Shown here in pieces: positions 40,585 to 50,954 of a DNA stretch of 64,000 nt. Source of the DNA: an uncultured bacterium (lineage in GTDB: Bacteria > Ratteibacteria > UBA8468 > B48-G9 > DTJG01); NCBI GenBank assembly GCA_964532995.1, contig CAZHJN010000001.1:23173-87172 (forward strand). The letters are read 5' to 3'. The notes beneath the pieces are model-generated. The model was given only the letters and a program-made list of their open reading frames with translations. It ran no database searches and was not told the DNA's origin. A program made the translations under genes and the position numbers. How positions within the stretch are numbered: the stretch's first letter is position 1; each line of letters opens with the position of its first letter.

Positions 40585-41976
40585 TTAGATTTTTACAAAT
40601 TGTGATTGGGATATGCGGGCAAACATCCTGAGGATTTCGATATGATCTCCGTAAGCCATCGCTAGATGATGTGTACCACCGGCATAACTATAAGAATTTA
40701 AAAATTCTCTCACATCTTTTTTAATCTGAAAAAGGAAATGCGGTGCATTAATTTCTGGAAGTAATTGTTCATCCTCAATGCTGCCCGTTGTGACGATAAT
40801 ACTGAATTTTTCATCTTTACAGGGTGCCAGATTAAATAAAGTTACATCTCCAGGGTTCATCTGAAACAAAAACATACCTGTTTTGGTACCCGTCTGCGTA
40901 ATACTCATATCTTTTTCAACCAGTCTTATTCCTGAGGGATTTTTTGCCATCAAGGGATTGTTCTCTCCCATATGCGACATAAAAATTCTGTTGTTTTTAT
41001 AATCGGTCGTAAACATCTCAGTGAAAGTTGCCTGACCTGCAAGTTTCTGAAAGATCCAGACACTTATTGCACATACAACATCTCCTTCGCCACCGTACCC
41101 CATACCCTCACTGATAAATTTAGAAATAACAGAAAATGGAATTGCGCGACAGAATGATTTGCCTCTAAATGCCATAAAATTTATCGCCAGTGCTCCAAGT
41201 TCATATTTTTTTATCAGATTTCTCAAAGCCCGCTCAAGACGGGCTGAATTCTCACGTGTTTCAGCATCAATTTCAATTACAAATCTATCCTCTTCGTCTT
41301 CCATTATTTTTTCAATTTCACATACTGGTATATTTTTCGCTTCTTCATCCAGATCTGACATTTCTATATCTATGATCTCCGTACCAAAAAATTCTTTTAC
41401 TGTACTATCAGGAATTGAAAAATCACCCATATCTTTGAATTTTCCCCCAATCCTTCCAACTTTCAATTTTTTTAAATCACTGTAAACAACCGCACATTTA
41501 CACCAATTTTCAAGGTTCAATAGAGTATCTTTCTGTAAGTGATGACCCGTTATGATCGAAAAAGGCACTTTTTCTCTCAACAGAACACAGGCGAGATCCT
41601 GAATCCCATGCATACCGTGGTTATTCATCATATCTTTTGAAGAGAAACTTCTGGTTATTTCAAAAAGATGCTGTGTATTCCACAATAAAATCGGAAGCTT
41701 ACTCTTTTTTAGAACGGGTGCAATAATCATGCTTGGACTGTACGATGGAAACATTATAACAATTCCATCCACGCCTGCCTGAATCATTCTTTCATAGCAA
41801 TGCTCAACCATCTGTCTTTCATAAGCGATTGAAAAATTGATGATATCAGCAAAAACAAAACTTTTCTGAATAATTTCCCTATACTTTTTTTCAATCTCTT
41901 CAATGAAAGCCGGTAACTTCTCTCTGTAAAGATGTGCTGTCACATCAATAATTCCAATAATCGGTTTTCTGGTCAC
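40585..41976 (-). CDS. L-arabinose isomerase family protein (AraA-like)
   Basis: Collinear with AraA landmarks (SHMGE; AGGTHHLAMAYGDHIEILRMFA vs AraA AGGAHHTVF...). It is adjacent to the FGGY kinase. Confidence 0.6.
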   Translation of the reverse strand: MTRKPIIGIIDVTAHLYREKLPAFIEEIEKKYREIIQKSFVFADIINFSIAYERQMVEHCYERMIQAGVDGIVIMFPSYSPSMIIAPVLKKSKLPILLWNTQHLFEITRSFSSKDMMNNHGMHGIQDLACVLLREKVPFSIITGHHLQKDTLLNLENWCKCAVVYSDLKKLKVGRIGGKFKDMGDFSIPDSTVKEFFGTEIIDIEMSDLDEEAKNIPVCEIEKIMEDEEDRFVIEIDAETRENSARLERALRNLIKKYELGALAINFMAFRGKSFCRAIPFSVISKFISEGMGYGGEGDVVCAISVWIFQKLAGQATFTEMFTTDYKNNRIFMSHMGENNPLMAKNPSGIRLVEKDMSITQTGTKTGMFLFQMNPGDVTLFNLAPCKDEKFSIIVTTGSIEDEQLLPEINAPHFLFQIKKDVREFLNSYSYAGGTHHLAMAYGDHIEILRMFARISQSQFVKI

Positions 41977-41998
41977 ATCCTGCCTTCTCCTGATATTT

Positions 41999-44344
41999 TC
42001 AAATACTTTCTGTCAATTTCTTAAGATTTCTTGCTTCAGCAAAAAACTCCTCAGGTTCCATATCCCTCAGAAAAACAAGACCTCTTGTTGCCCTGAGCCT
42101 TGGAATTTTACTTGAATAGAAAAAATCCCGTCCAAGACATATCTTCAAATATGTATATTGCTCCACCATAATTTTCTGCGCGAGATCACAGAAAGGTCCG
42201 TCATACTCATAGCTGGGGAAAGAAGCACTTCTCTGTGAACCAAAACAGATGTTGAATGCATTTTTCATTATCGCGAATGAATTCATGGAAACAGGAACAA
42301 TAATATCCGCCTCGGCAGGATGAAATCTATACCAGACATTTCTGTATCCCCATATACGGATATCACTATCTGGATTTTTTTTCAGATATAAACCAAGTGC
42401 TTCTGCCATAGCCTGAAGGACCTTGTAATGAGTATCGGGTCCGCTCGCCTCAGAATCCATTGCCACGGTTATTATATTCGGCTTGATTCTTTCAATAAGT
42501 TTGAAAATCGGCATGATGTCTTTTTCAAAATCTGGCTGCGCTGTAAAAATATCTCCTGTATAAAAAGGAAGTCGCATATGTATGATATGCTCGCAATCAA
42601 ATCCAAGATGTCCCCATAAAAGCTCTTCTTCCCATTCCCTTATCATTCCTTTCAGGAGCTGAACATCAACAAAATCTTTCTTCCCGGGATATGCATTTTC
42701 AAAATAGTTGAAAAACCAGGAAATTTTTCTTCTGATCACCGATATATCATACGAATCGATCATAGAAATAATGTTTCTCATCATTCTTCTTGCCGCGGCT
42801 TCATTCTGAATATCCACGCTGTTTGCAGCAACACCATCAAGATAAAGATACACATCCCTTATCCTCATAATATTATCATCAGGATTGAAATATTCCTGCT
42901 GCAGCAATTGTTTGAATTTTGCTGCTGGGAGAAAATTTTCAAGGTTCTTAAGTTGATTTACCACATACTGATTTGTAACAGATGTGAAACCGCTTGTAAG
43001 TGTTGCAAAATAATGCCTGTTCAAAGGAGTCCTGACAAGATGAATAATATAAGGCATATAGCCCAGCATTATATCATCGTGATGTGGACCTGTATGCAAA
43101 AATGTCATGTTTTCAAGTGCCTTTGTACCCCGTTCTATTCTGTCCTTAAAAAATTCAGAAACGGATTTTGCTTCCTCAATAACATCAATTCCTCTATTGA
43201 TGATAAAACTGCCCTTTTGATCCTGCAGAAAATCAGAAATAGATAAATCTGACAGGGTTTTATTTTTTTTAACCGCTATGTCAACAACAATTCTTTTTAT
43301 ATCAACATCAACAAGAACCTCTTGTTTTTCAAGTTTTCTTATGGTTCTTTCAACAAGAAGTTTTGTTGCGCCTGCGGTAAGATAAAAGCAGGCACCTTTT
43401 AGTTTGCCAAGAGCTGTTGCCGGATAAAGAAGAGACTGATCATTCACGATAGCATCTCTAACAACATTTGCTTTGCTTTCTCCGGCCGCCATAATGATTG
43501 CAGTTGTTGTAGGATTAAAAGTTATTGTATCAAGGCCAATAGTCATTACAATTTTACCTCTTGAAACCTCAATACCTCCCAGATCTATTGCAGCTGCTGC
43601 CGCTGTTTCATAGTTGATCGGTGCGAGCCTTGTTGTGCTGAAATGGTCTGACCCTCTTATATTAAAACCAATATGCCCATCAGGTCCTATGCCACCAAGA
43701 AAAAAACCGATACCGCCATATTCCCTGATCTTCTGCTCATACTCCATCGCATACCTATCAGCATCAAGGATCGCCTTCTGCTGAAGTTCTTCGCGTTCAT
43801 TAACAGGCTGTCTGTATCTTAATGATAGGTCAATTTTTCCGTCAGGAAAAAGCATTCCAAGATTTATTCCCGGTTCACAACCTGTTTTCCAGGCATCGAT
43901 TAAAAGTGCTTTTTTTTCATCAAATCCCAATCTGTTCAAATAGAATGTTTTAATATACCAGAAAAAACTGTTCTGATGTTGAGGATTCATCGGGAAAAAT
44001 TCATCAATCTGAACGAAAATATATGCCGACATATCAGGCTTGTGCGCAGGATTGATTCCATACGATTCAAACATCTTCATTATTTCTTTTTTCGTCCAGT
44101 TTTCAAGAATGAAAGCCGTCCAGTGGATAAAATGCTCTGGAGTTTTACCTGTTGGCAGAGAAATTAAACCTTCAGGATTTTTCTGGCACCATTCAATAAA
44201 TCTGAGAGAAACTATTTTACCAAGACTGGGGAAATCACCAACCTCAACAATTCTGATTTTTTCTTCAGGCATATATTGAGGTTCAAACCCTGAATTTATC
44301 TGAGCAATTTTTTCAACTGATGAAGAATAATCGTAGTTTTTCAT
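41999..44344 (-). CDS. Large glucosamine-6-phosphate deaminase/isomerase-like protein (NagB-like N-domain plus about 480-aa uncharacterised C-terminal region)
   Basis: The N-terminal 300 aa carry NagB/6-phosphogluconolactonase-family motifs (LPTGKTP, QIDEF, GIGPDGHIGFN). The rest has no family I recognise. Confidence 0.65.
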   Translation of the reverse strand: MKNYDYSSSVEKIAQINSGFEPQYMPEEKIRIVEVGDFPSLGKIVSLRFIEWCQKNPEGLISLPTGKTPEHFIHWTAFILENWTKKEIMKMFESYGINPAHKPDMSAYIFVQIDEFFPMNPQHQNSFFWYIKTFYLNRLGFDEKKALLIDAWKTGCEPGINLGMLFPDGKIDLSLRYRQPVNEREELQQKAILDADRYAMEYEQKIREYGGIGFFLGGIGPDGHIGFNIRGSDHFSTTRLAPINYETAAAAAIDLGGIEVSRGKIVMTIGLDTITFNPTTTAIIMAAGESKANVVRDAIVNDQSLLYPATALGKLKGACFYLTAGATKLLVERTIRKLEKQEVLVDVDIKRIVVDIAVKKNKTLSDLSISDFLQDQKGSFIINRGIDVIEEAKSVSEFFKDRIERGTKALENMTFLHTGPHHDDIMLGYMPYIIHLVRTPLNRHYFATLTSGFTSVTNQYVVNQLKNLENFLPAAKFKQLLQQEYFNPDDNIMRIRDVYLYLDGVAANSVDIQNEAAARRMMRNIISMIDSYDISVIRRKISWFFNYFENAYPGKKDFVDVQLLKGMIREWEEELLWGHLGFDCEHIIHMRLPFYTGDIFTAQPDFEKDIMPIFKLIERIKPNIITVAMDSEASGPDTHYKVLQAMAEALGLYLKKNPDSDIRIWGYRNVWYRFHPAEADIIVPVSMNSFAIMKNAFNICFGSQRSASFPSYEYDGPFCDLAQKIMVEQYTYLKICLGRDFFYSSKIPRLRATRGLVFLRDMEPEEFFAEARNLKKLTESI

Positions 44345-44356
44345 AATATTTAAATC

Positions 44357-45112
44357 CTAATTAAATTTCAAAATGCACCACTCTTCATACCTGTGAAAAT
44401 CAAATTTTTTTATGGGAGAAACCGTAAGAACTTCAGAACCATCATGAAGATAAACTGAATAGTCATACCTTGCAAGATTGAATAACCACCTATCATTTTT
44501 TGAGGGAAACTTTTTCAAAGATGGAAGGCTATTAAAAGGAATTGCAACTTCAACAGTCCATAATTCATCCATATCAATCCACTTATTCAATGTACCTTTA
44601 ATTTTGACTGCAGACTTAAAGCCCGAGCAATTCCATTCTGTGAATCTGAAGAACATATTTCCTGTGGTCGCTCTTGTTGCCAGATACGCATCAAGCACTG
44701 TATTTGCCGGAGAAACCTGGAATTCATAGTAGGGATTATCTGAAGAATCAGTTTTAATAAAAATTTCAACCACATCTTCAAGCCACAGTTGAGAATCACG
44801 CAATCTATATTTCGCCCAGATGTCCTTATCAAAACAGATGAAAGCAAAATAAAGATATTTTTCATCATAAAGACAATAAGCAATAGTGGTTGATACCGGC
44901 TCAGTCAGGGATACAATTTTTACCATTTTCATCTCTGTGGCAGTCCCCCAGGCGGATTCATCAATCTTTCCGTCAATAATGATTCTTTCTGTTGTTCTAT
45001 TACAAAGTATTTCAGGATTATTAACAACATCCCCGCAGAATCCAGCATTAACACAAAGAAAAATGGAAAATAAAGCCAAACCTCTATTATAAAAAATCAC
45101 CCTGAATAACAT
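44357..45112 (-). CDS. Secreted protein with carbohydrate-binding family 9-like (DOMON-like) domain
   Basis: Signal peptide, then DGKIDESAWGTA...YYEFQVSPANTVLDAYL, which resembles the CBM9-like fold signature. Confidence 0.45.
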   Translation of the reverse strand: MLFRVIFYNRGLALFSIFLCVNAGFCGDVVNNPEILCNRTTERIIIDGKIDESAWGTATEMKMVKIVSLTEPVSTTIAYCLYDEKYLYFAFICFDKDIWAKYRLRDSQLWLEDVVEIFIKTDSSDNPYYEFQVSPANTVLDAYLATRATTGNMFFRFTEWNCSGFKSAVKIKGTLNKWIDMDELWTVEVAIPFNSLPSLKKFPSKNDRWLFNLARYDYSVYLHDGSEVLTVSPIKKFDFHRYEEWCILKFN

Positions 45113-45729
45113 AGTTTTTCAACCTCCTTAAGAATAAGGGAAGCAAGCTTCTTTTTGCTGTAATCTGATACATCTTTTATCTCTCCACTGGAATAAAGAA
45201 TAAATATTTGCCCTCTTCTTACCCTGTTTCCAAAATTTGCAGTCGTATTAGCAACAATCATATCAAGCTTTTTATCTTTCATTTTTTTTCTTGCATTTTC
45301 AATAATGTTTTCACTTTCAAGAGCAAATCCAACAACAATCTGTTTTTCATTTTTCTTATTTGAAATAAATTTCAGAATATCCGGATTTGGTACAAGTTTC
45401 AGTTTCCATGGTTTCTTAATTTTCAATTTTCGAGAAAATCTTTTTTCCGGACGCCAGTCTGAAACCGCTGCAGTCATAACAAGAACATCAGAAGATGAAA
45501 ATTCCTTTTCCACCGCATTTTTCATTTCACAGGCTGACTCGACATATAGTGTTTTAATATCCTTTATTAAAGGCAGATTGCAGGGTCCGGATACAAGAAC
45601 AACCGAATGACCTTTTTTCTTTGCTTCTTTTGCCATCAAATAACCGAGCGTGCCTGTTGCAGGATTGCTTATAAATCTCACAGGATCAATAAATTCTCTT
45701 GTTGGTCCTGCAGTGATTAATATTTTCAT
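45097..45729 (-). CDS. coaB: Phosphopantothenate-cysteine ligase domain protein (CoaB, standalone)
   Basis: [28 protein letters not shown] is the CoaB motif. The 210-aa product has no CoaC flavoprotein domain. Confidence 0.8.
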   Translation of the reverse strand: MKILITAGPTREFIDPVRFISNPATGTLGYLMAKEAKKKGHSVVLVSGPCNLPLIKDIKTLYVESACEMKNAVEKEFSSSDVLVMTAAVSDWRPEKRFSRKLKIKKPWKLKLVPNPDILKFISNKKNEKQIVVGFALESENIIENARKKMKDKKLDMIVANTTANFGNRVRRGQIFILYSSGEIKDVSDYSKKKLASLILKEVEKLCYSG

Positions 45730-46835
45730 TTAGCATCTACCTGTGTCGCAAAATATTCAATCTCAGCCTGAATGAAAACGTCTAACTCACCATCCATGAC
45801 TGACTCAACATTCCCGGTTTCAACAAGTGTTCTGTGGTCTTTTACCATTGTGTAGGGACAAAAAACATAAGACCTTATTTGACTTCCCCACGCAATTTCC
45901 TTTTGAGCGTCCCATTTTTCAGCTTCTTTTTTCTTCTCTTTTTCAAGCTGTATCTGGTAAAGACGACTTCTCAAAATTTTCATTGCCATTTCTCTGTTTT
46001 TAAACTGGCTTCTTTCATTCTGACACTGAACAACAATGCCTGTTGGTATATGTTTGATTCTCACCGCTGTTTCCACTTTATTTACGTTCTGACCGCCTTT
46101 TCCTCCTGAACGAAAAGTTTCAAATTCTATATCTTCTTCTTTTATTTCAATTTTTATATCCTTTTCTATTTCAGGAATTACGTTGACAGCAGCAAAACTT
46201 GTATGTCTTCGTTTATTAGCATCAAACGGAGAGATTCTAACAAGTCTGTGAACACCTGTTTCTCCTTTAAGATATCCATAGGCGTATCTACCAGAAAAAA
46301 CAGCGGTAATCTTTTTCAAACCAGCCTCTTCACCTGGCAGAAAATCAACAACTTCAACCCCTATACTATTTTTCACTGCCCATTTTGAATACATTCGAAA
46401 TAGCATGCTCACCCAGTCGCAGGCCTCTGTACCTCCCGCGCCCGCATGAAGTGTAACTATTGCATTGTTTTTGTCTGCTGGATCTGTAAAATAAATTTCC
46501 AGTTTAAAATTTTCGATCTCTTCTGAAAGACGATCGAGAATTATGGAGGCTTCTTTTTCAAGCTCAGTATCAGGATGTCCTTCCAGAAGTTCCTCTATCG
46601 CAAAAAAATTACCTAACATTGTTTCGATTCTGTTAATTTTCTCTCGTTTCTCAAGGAGGTCATTCCATTCATTCATCTTCTCACCATCTATTTTTGGGTC
46701 CCAGTAGCCCTTCTGATTTTTTTCATATTCAAGAGCAGCAAATCTTTCTTCCTGCTGTTGCCAGTTCATCCTTCTTTTTATTTCATCAAAAGACTGCTTT
46801 AATTTACCACCCTGCTCCTTCAGTAATTGTTCCAT
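45726..46835 (-). CDS. prfB: Peptide chain release factor 2
   Basis: SPF tripeptide ([15 protein letters not shown]) and GGQ ([11 protein letters not shown]). The ORF is 369 aa and uninterrupted. Confidence 0.9.
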   Translation of the reverse strand: MEQLLKEQGGKLKQSFDEIKRRMNWQQQEERFAALEYEKNQKGYWDPKIDGEKMNEWNDLLEKREKINRIETMLGNFFAIEELLEGHPDTELEKEASIILDRLSEEIENFKLEIYFTDPADKNNAIVTLHAGAGGTEACDWVSMLFRMYSKWAVKNSIGVEVVDFLPGEEAGLKKITAVFSGRYAYGYLKGETGVHRLVRISPFDANKRRHTSFAAVNVIPEIEKDIKIEIKEEDIEFETFRSGGKGGQNVNKVETAVRIKHIPTGIVVQCQNERSQFKNREMAMKILRSRLYQIQLEKEKKKEAEKWDAQKEIAWGSQIRSYVFCPYTMVKDHRTLVETGNVESVMDGELDVFIQAEIEYFATQVDAK

Positions 46836-46846
46836 AAAACCATTCC

Positions 46847-47845
46847 TTAACTATGAGTATCTCTCAAAACTTTCCAGATTTCTTCAAGCAATTGTTTGAT
46901 ACCTTCGTTTGTGATGCAGGATATCAGAAAAAATTTTTCAGTGATGTCTCTGAGTTCCTGGATATTTCTTTTACTTTCAGGTAAATCCAATTTTGTTCCG
47001 ACAACAATCTCATTTTTTTCAAGAAGAAGCCGGTCATAACAACCGAGTTCATTTCTTATATTATAGTATCTTTTCGCAACATCAGGCAAGGAAAGGTCAA
47101 TAAGATGTACAAGTACTTTCGTTCTTTCTATATGTTTCAAAAATTTAATTCCAAGACCTGCGCCTTCAGAGGCTCCCTCAATAAGGCCAGGTATATCGGC
47201 AACAACAAACTGTCTTCCATTCCCAAGGTCAACCATACCAAGAATCGGATTCAGTGTGGTGAAAGGATAATCCGATATTTTTGGTTTAGCGTTTGAAATT
47301 TTTGACAAAAGTGTTGATTTACCGGCATTCGGACATCCAATGATACCAACTTCTGCAATAAGTTTGAGTTCAAGTTTTATGAATTTCTCCTCACCCGGTT
47401 TACCCGGAGTTGCAATTCTGGGAGCCTGATTTACTGAACTTTTAAAACTTGCATTACCTCTTCCGCCGGCACCACCCTTTGCAACAAGTACCATTGCACC
47501 TTCTTTATCCAGATCAGCTATGATAACCCCTCTATCTCCTTCTCTAACTTCAATTATAACAGTTCCTGGAGGCACTGTTAGAACAAGGTCATCACCATCT
47601 GCACCGGTACGATTATTACCTTCTCCTGGCTTTCCGTTTTCAGCTTTGAAATGTCTGTGATAATAGAACTCACGCAATGTTTTTACATTGCCTGACGCCT
47701 TAAAATAAACAGAACCACCTGCACCTCCATCACCACCCGAAGGACCGCCCTTTGGAACAAATTTCTCTCTTCTAAAAGCAATGCAACCTGAACCACCATC
47801 ACCAGCCTTCACCCATATTTTTACTTCATCAATGAAATCATTCAT
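46847..47845 (-). CDS. obg: GTPase Obg
   Basis: [45 protein letters not shown] is the Obg fold. G-domain GCPNAGKST. Confidence 0.93.
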   Translation of the reverse strand: MNDFIDEVKIWVKAGDGGSGCIAFRREKFVPKGGPSGGDGGAGGSVYFKASGNVKTLREFYYHRHFKAENGKPGEGNNRTGADGDDLVLTVPPGTVIIEVREGDRGVIIADLDKEGAMVLVAKGGAGGRGNASFKSSVNQAPRIATPGKPGEEKFIKLELKLIAEVGIIGCPNAGKSTLLSKISNAKPKISDYPFTTLNPILGMVDLGNGRQFVVADIPGLIEGASEGAGLGIKFLKHIERTKVLVHLIDLSLPDVAKRYYNIRNELGCYDRLLLEKNEIVVGTKLDLPESKRNIQELRDITEKFFLISCITNEGIKQLLEEIWKVLRDTHS

Positions 47846-49478
47846 TATATCTTCCTGTTATCATCCTGAATAAAATTGTAAAAAGAATAATCAAGCCGAC
47901 AGCCAGAAAAATAAAAACACCAGCAGACAGATTTTGGATCCCGAGTATTATAAAAATGGTTAAGATCGGCATAACGATAATTGCAAAACTGATTTTTGCA
48001 CCTGCGTGGTCAAGACTTCTTGTATAATTATCAAGACGGTTTGCAATTTTCTGTTCTATTTCCACCCTTTCTCTGTTAATCCTTATAAGGTCTTCCCATG
48101 TTTCAGGTAATTCCAGAATAACATCCCTGTATGAAGTGATAACATTTTTAATCTCCTCCAGCCACATATGCTGAAAAATTCCTCTGTCCATTGTTGATTG
48201 CCAGTAAGTTTTACTCAAATCAAACATGCTTCCATAGGGGTTAAGCCTGGTGCAGATAGCTTCAAGATTCATAATGTTTTTTGCAAGAAGTCCCACATCA
48301 GGATCAAGCCTGATATTCATTTTTCTTGCCATCCGCATCAAATCATAAAATATGTCAGCCAGATGAACATTTTTAAGAGGCAGTGAACCATACTTATCAA
48401 CAATAAAACCAACATCCCTCTCAAAATTCTCGGGAACCCTGTAAGATAACCCGAAAAGTTTTCTTATGTGCGGCAGAACATCAGCTATGTTTCCTTTTAA
48501 AATTCCTGATACAATTCCGGCAAGCAGTTTTCTTTTTTCAAACGAAAAATAGCCGACAAGACCAAAGTCAACAAATGCCAGATCTCCTTTATCTGTGACC
48601 AGGATATTACCGGGATGCAGATCTGCATGGAAATAACCTGTTTTGAAAAGCGTTTCGAATATTCCCTTAACAATATGTTGAGAAAGATCAGGCCTTTTAG
48701 CAGGAACATCCGATATTTTTATTCCTATTATTTGCTCCATTGTGAGAATCCGCTTTGATGTGTAATCCCAGAATACATCTGGCACCTTAATACCGGCCTT
48801 TTCATAAAAACCTTTAAGTTTCTCCATCATTCCAGCTTCATAGATAAAGTCTATCTGTCTTTTGAGATGTTCCCCAACCTCTTCAAGTAAACCAGAAATA
48901 TTCCACTGTTTTAATTCAGGAATATGTTTTGACGCAAGTTTTGAAATTTCTGTAAGAACCTTGACATCATCAGAAATTGTCTGTTCAACCCCAGGCCTGC
49001 GAACTTTAACAACGCACTGCTGTCCTGAAATAAGAATCGCAGAATGAACCTGTCCTATAGAAGCTGAAAATATTGGTTTTTCCGAAAACTGTAAAAAAAT
49101 TTCATTTATATCTTTTCCAAGATCTTCAACAATTATTTTTCTCACTTCTTCAAAAGGAAAAGGAGAAACATTGTCCTGGAGTTTGGAAAGTTCATTAAGA
49201 AAGTTTTCCGGAAGAATATCAGCTCTGGTGCTGAAAAATTGTCCGATTTTTACATACGTTGGACCGAGTTCTTCAAGAACAAAGCGGAGTCTTTGAGCAG
49301 GTGTAAAATATTTTCCGTCTCTGGAAATAGACGACCTGTTAAAACGGAGTATCCTTAAACTTGGTTCTCTGAAAATTCTGTCTATGAAATAACCAAGGCC
49401 GTGTTTGATAAGTACCCTTAAAACGACACGTACACGATTTATAAGACGATATTTCCTGCTTACACCAAGAATGTTCAT
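47838..49478 (-). CDS. ubiB: ABC1/UbiB-family atypical protein kinase
   Basis: LGPTYVKIGQFFSTRADILPENF...ASIGQVHSA...HADLHPGNILV, with C-terminal TM helices. Confidence 0.85.
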   Translation of the reverse strand: MNILGVSRKYRLINRVRVVLRVLIKHGLGYFIDRIFREPSLRILRFNRSSISRDGKYFTPAQRLRFVLEELGPTYVKIGQFFSTRADILPENFLNELSKLQDNVSPFPFEEVRKIIVEDLGKDINEIFLQFSEKPIFSASIGQVHSAILISGQQCVVKVRRPGVEQTISDDVKVLTEISKLASKHIPELKQWNISGLLEEVGEHLKRQIDFIYEAGMMEKLKGFYEKAGIKVPDVFWDYTSKRILTMEQIIGIKISDVPAKRPDLSQHIVKGIFETLFKTGYFHADLHPGNILVTDKGDLAFVDFGLVGYFSFEKRKLLAGIVSGILKGNIADVLPHIRKLFGLSYRVPENFERDVGFIVDKYGSLPLKNVHLADIFYDLMRMARKMNIRLDPDVGLLAKNIMNLEAICTRLNPYGSMFDLSKTYWQSTMDRGIFQHMWLEEIKNVITSYRDVILELPETWEDLIRINRERVEIEQKIANRLDNYTRSLDHAGAKISFAIIVMPILTIFIILGIQNLSAGVFIFLAVGLIILFTILFRMITGRYNE

Positions 49479-49762
49479 TGTCTGTCATTTTTCAAATTCT
49501 CTATTTCTTTTCTTATGTTTTCTATTTCTTCCTTTGTTGCAACACCAAATATATCAGCAATTTTCCCTTTCTGAACCCCCTTCATCTTTTCCACTTTTTC
49601 AATAAGTCCAGAAAAACGTTTCTCGATTTTTTCTTCGAGATTTCTTTCTTTTGCCTCCTGTTCAAGACTTTCAAGTATTTCCTTACCCTTTTTCCCGGCA
49701 AGTGAAAGTGAGGCTATTCCAAGAGCAAGCACCCTGTACATAACATTTTTTTTCTCGCTCAT
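49475..49762 (-). CDS. Small coiled-coil protein (UbiK/phasin-like), translationally coupled to ubiB
   Basis: 95 aa with K/E-rich heptads (ATKEEIENIRKEIENLK). The stop overlaps the ubiB start by 4 nt. Confidence 0.4.
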   Translation of the reverse strand: MSEKKNVMYRVLALGIASLSLAGKKGKEILESLEQEAKERNLEEKIEKRFSGLIEKVEKMKGVQKGKIADIFGVATKEEIENIRKEIENLKNDRQ

Positions 49763-49805
49763 TTCATCTCCCTGTTTTTAAAAATTCGGTTCTTCAGCTT
49801 GCCAT

Positions 49806-50846
49806 TTATGCTGGCTTCTTAATTAAAACAACCCTGCCTTTACCCCTGCATATAACACCAATTTGAAAAACCCTGAATCCGAATTTCCGGGCAATTGATT
49901 TGATATTCTCCTTATTATGTGATGAAACACTGAGGATTAAACCAATTCCCATATTAAAAACATTAAACATTTCCCTGGTTTTAATACTTCCGGATTCCCG
50001 GATCATATGAAACACACAGGGCACATTCCAGGAATCAGTGTAAACCTCGGCATCCATGTTTTCAGGAAGAATTCTTGAAAGATTTCCAGGAATACCACCA
50101 CCGGTAATATGAGCGGCTGCGTGAATAAGATTTCGTTTAACCAGATCAACTATCAGGGGTGAATAAATGAAGGTTGGACGCAAAAATTCTTCTCCGAGGG
50201 ATCTTCCAAGATCTGCTTTATAATCAAAGAGCATCCTCTTGATTCCCCTTTTGGGAAAAAATACTTTTCTCACCAGAGAAAAACCATTGGAATGCAGTCC
50301 ATTTGAACCGATTCCAAGTAATATGTCTCCCTCTTTCACTTTTGCCGGACCAATCATTTTATCCCTGTCCACGATCCCGACACAGAAACCTGCAAGGTCA
50401 AAATCATCCTCAGAATAAACATCCGGCATTTGAGCGGTTTCTCCACCAATAAGCGCACATCCGGCAATCTCACATCCTTTAATTATGCCTTCAAGGATTT
50501 TTTTCTCTCTTTCAATCTTAAGTTTACCGACAGCCAGATAGTCAAGAAACAACAGTGGTGTCGCTCCACATACCGCAACGTCATTACAGTTCATTGCCAC
50601 AAGATCTATGCCAATAGTGTCATATTTTTCAAGCGCCTTCGCAATAAGAATCTTGGTACCCACACCATCACAGCCTCCAACAAGGAAACTCCTGCCCGCA
50701 CCGGTTGGAACAGGCACAAAACCTGCAAAAAACCCAATATCTCCTGCCATTTTCCTTTGAAAAGATTTTGCTGCACGCTCCTTTATAAATCTGACAAGTG
50801 CTTCTGCCTTCTGGTCATCAACTCCTGCTTTTTTATATGTCACCAT
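49806..50846 (-). CDS. purM: Phosphoribosylformylglycinamidine cyclo-ligase (AIR synthase)
   Basis: YKKAGVDDQKAEALV...GIGSNGLHSNGFSL. The start was chosen at MVTYKK; the ORF track begins at 50870. Confidence 0.9.
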   Translation of the reverse strand: MVTYKKAGVDDQKAEALVRFIKERAAKSFQRKMAGDIGFFAGFVPVPTGAGRSFLVGGCDGVGTKILIAKALEKYDTIGIDLVAMNCNDVAVCGATPLLFLDYLAVGKLKIEREKKILEGIIKGCEIAGCALIGGETAQMPDVYSEDDFDLAGFCVGIVDRDKMIGPAKVKEGDILLGIGSNGLHSNGFSLVRKVFFPKRGIKRMLFDYKADLGRSLGEEFLRPTFIYSPLIVDLVKRNLIHAAAHITGGGIPGNLSRILPENMDAEVYTDSWNVPCVFHMIRESGSIKTREMFNVFNMGIGLILSVSSHNKENIKSIARKFGFRVFQIGVICRGKGRVVLIKKPA

Positions 50847-50900
50847 ATGAATCCCTTTTTTATAAATCACTGTAATTATTATATCACTATCGATTGAAGC

Positions 50901-50932
50901 AATAAAAAAGGGCGGTCACAAAAACCGCCCTT
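50901..50932 (-). terminator. Rho-independent terminator downstream of dnaK
   Basis: Minus-strand transcript: AAGGGCGGT-TTTTGTG-ACCGCCCTT followed by TTTTTTATT. Confidence 0.75.
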
Positions 50933-50954
50933 ACAACCCACTTCCTTATTTATT

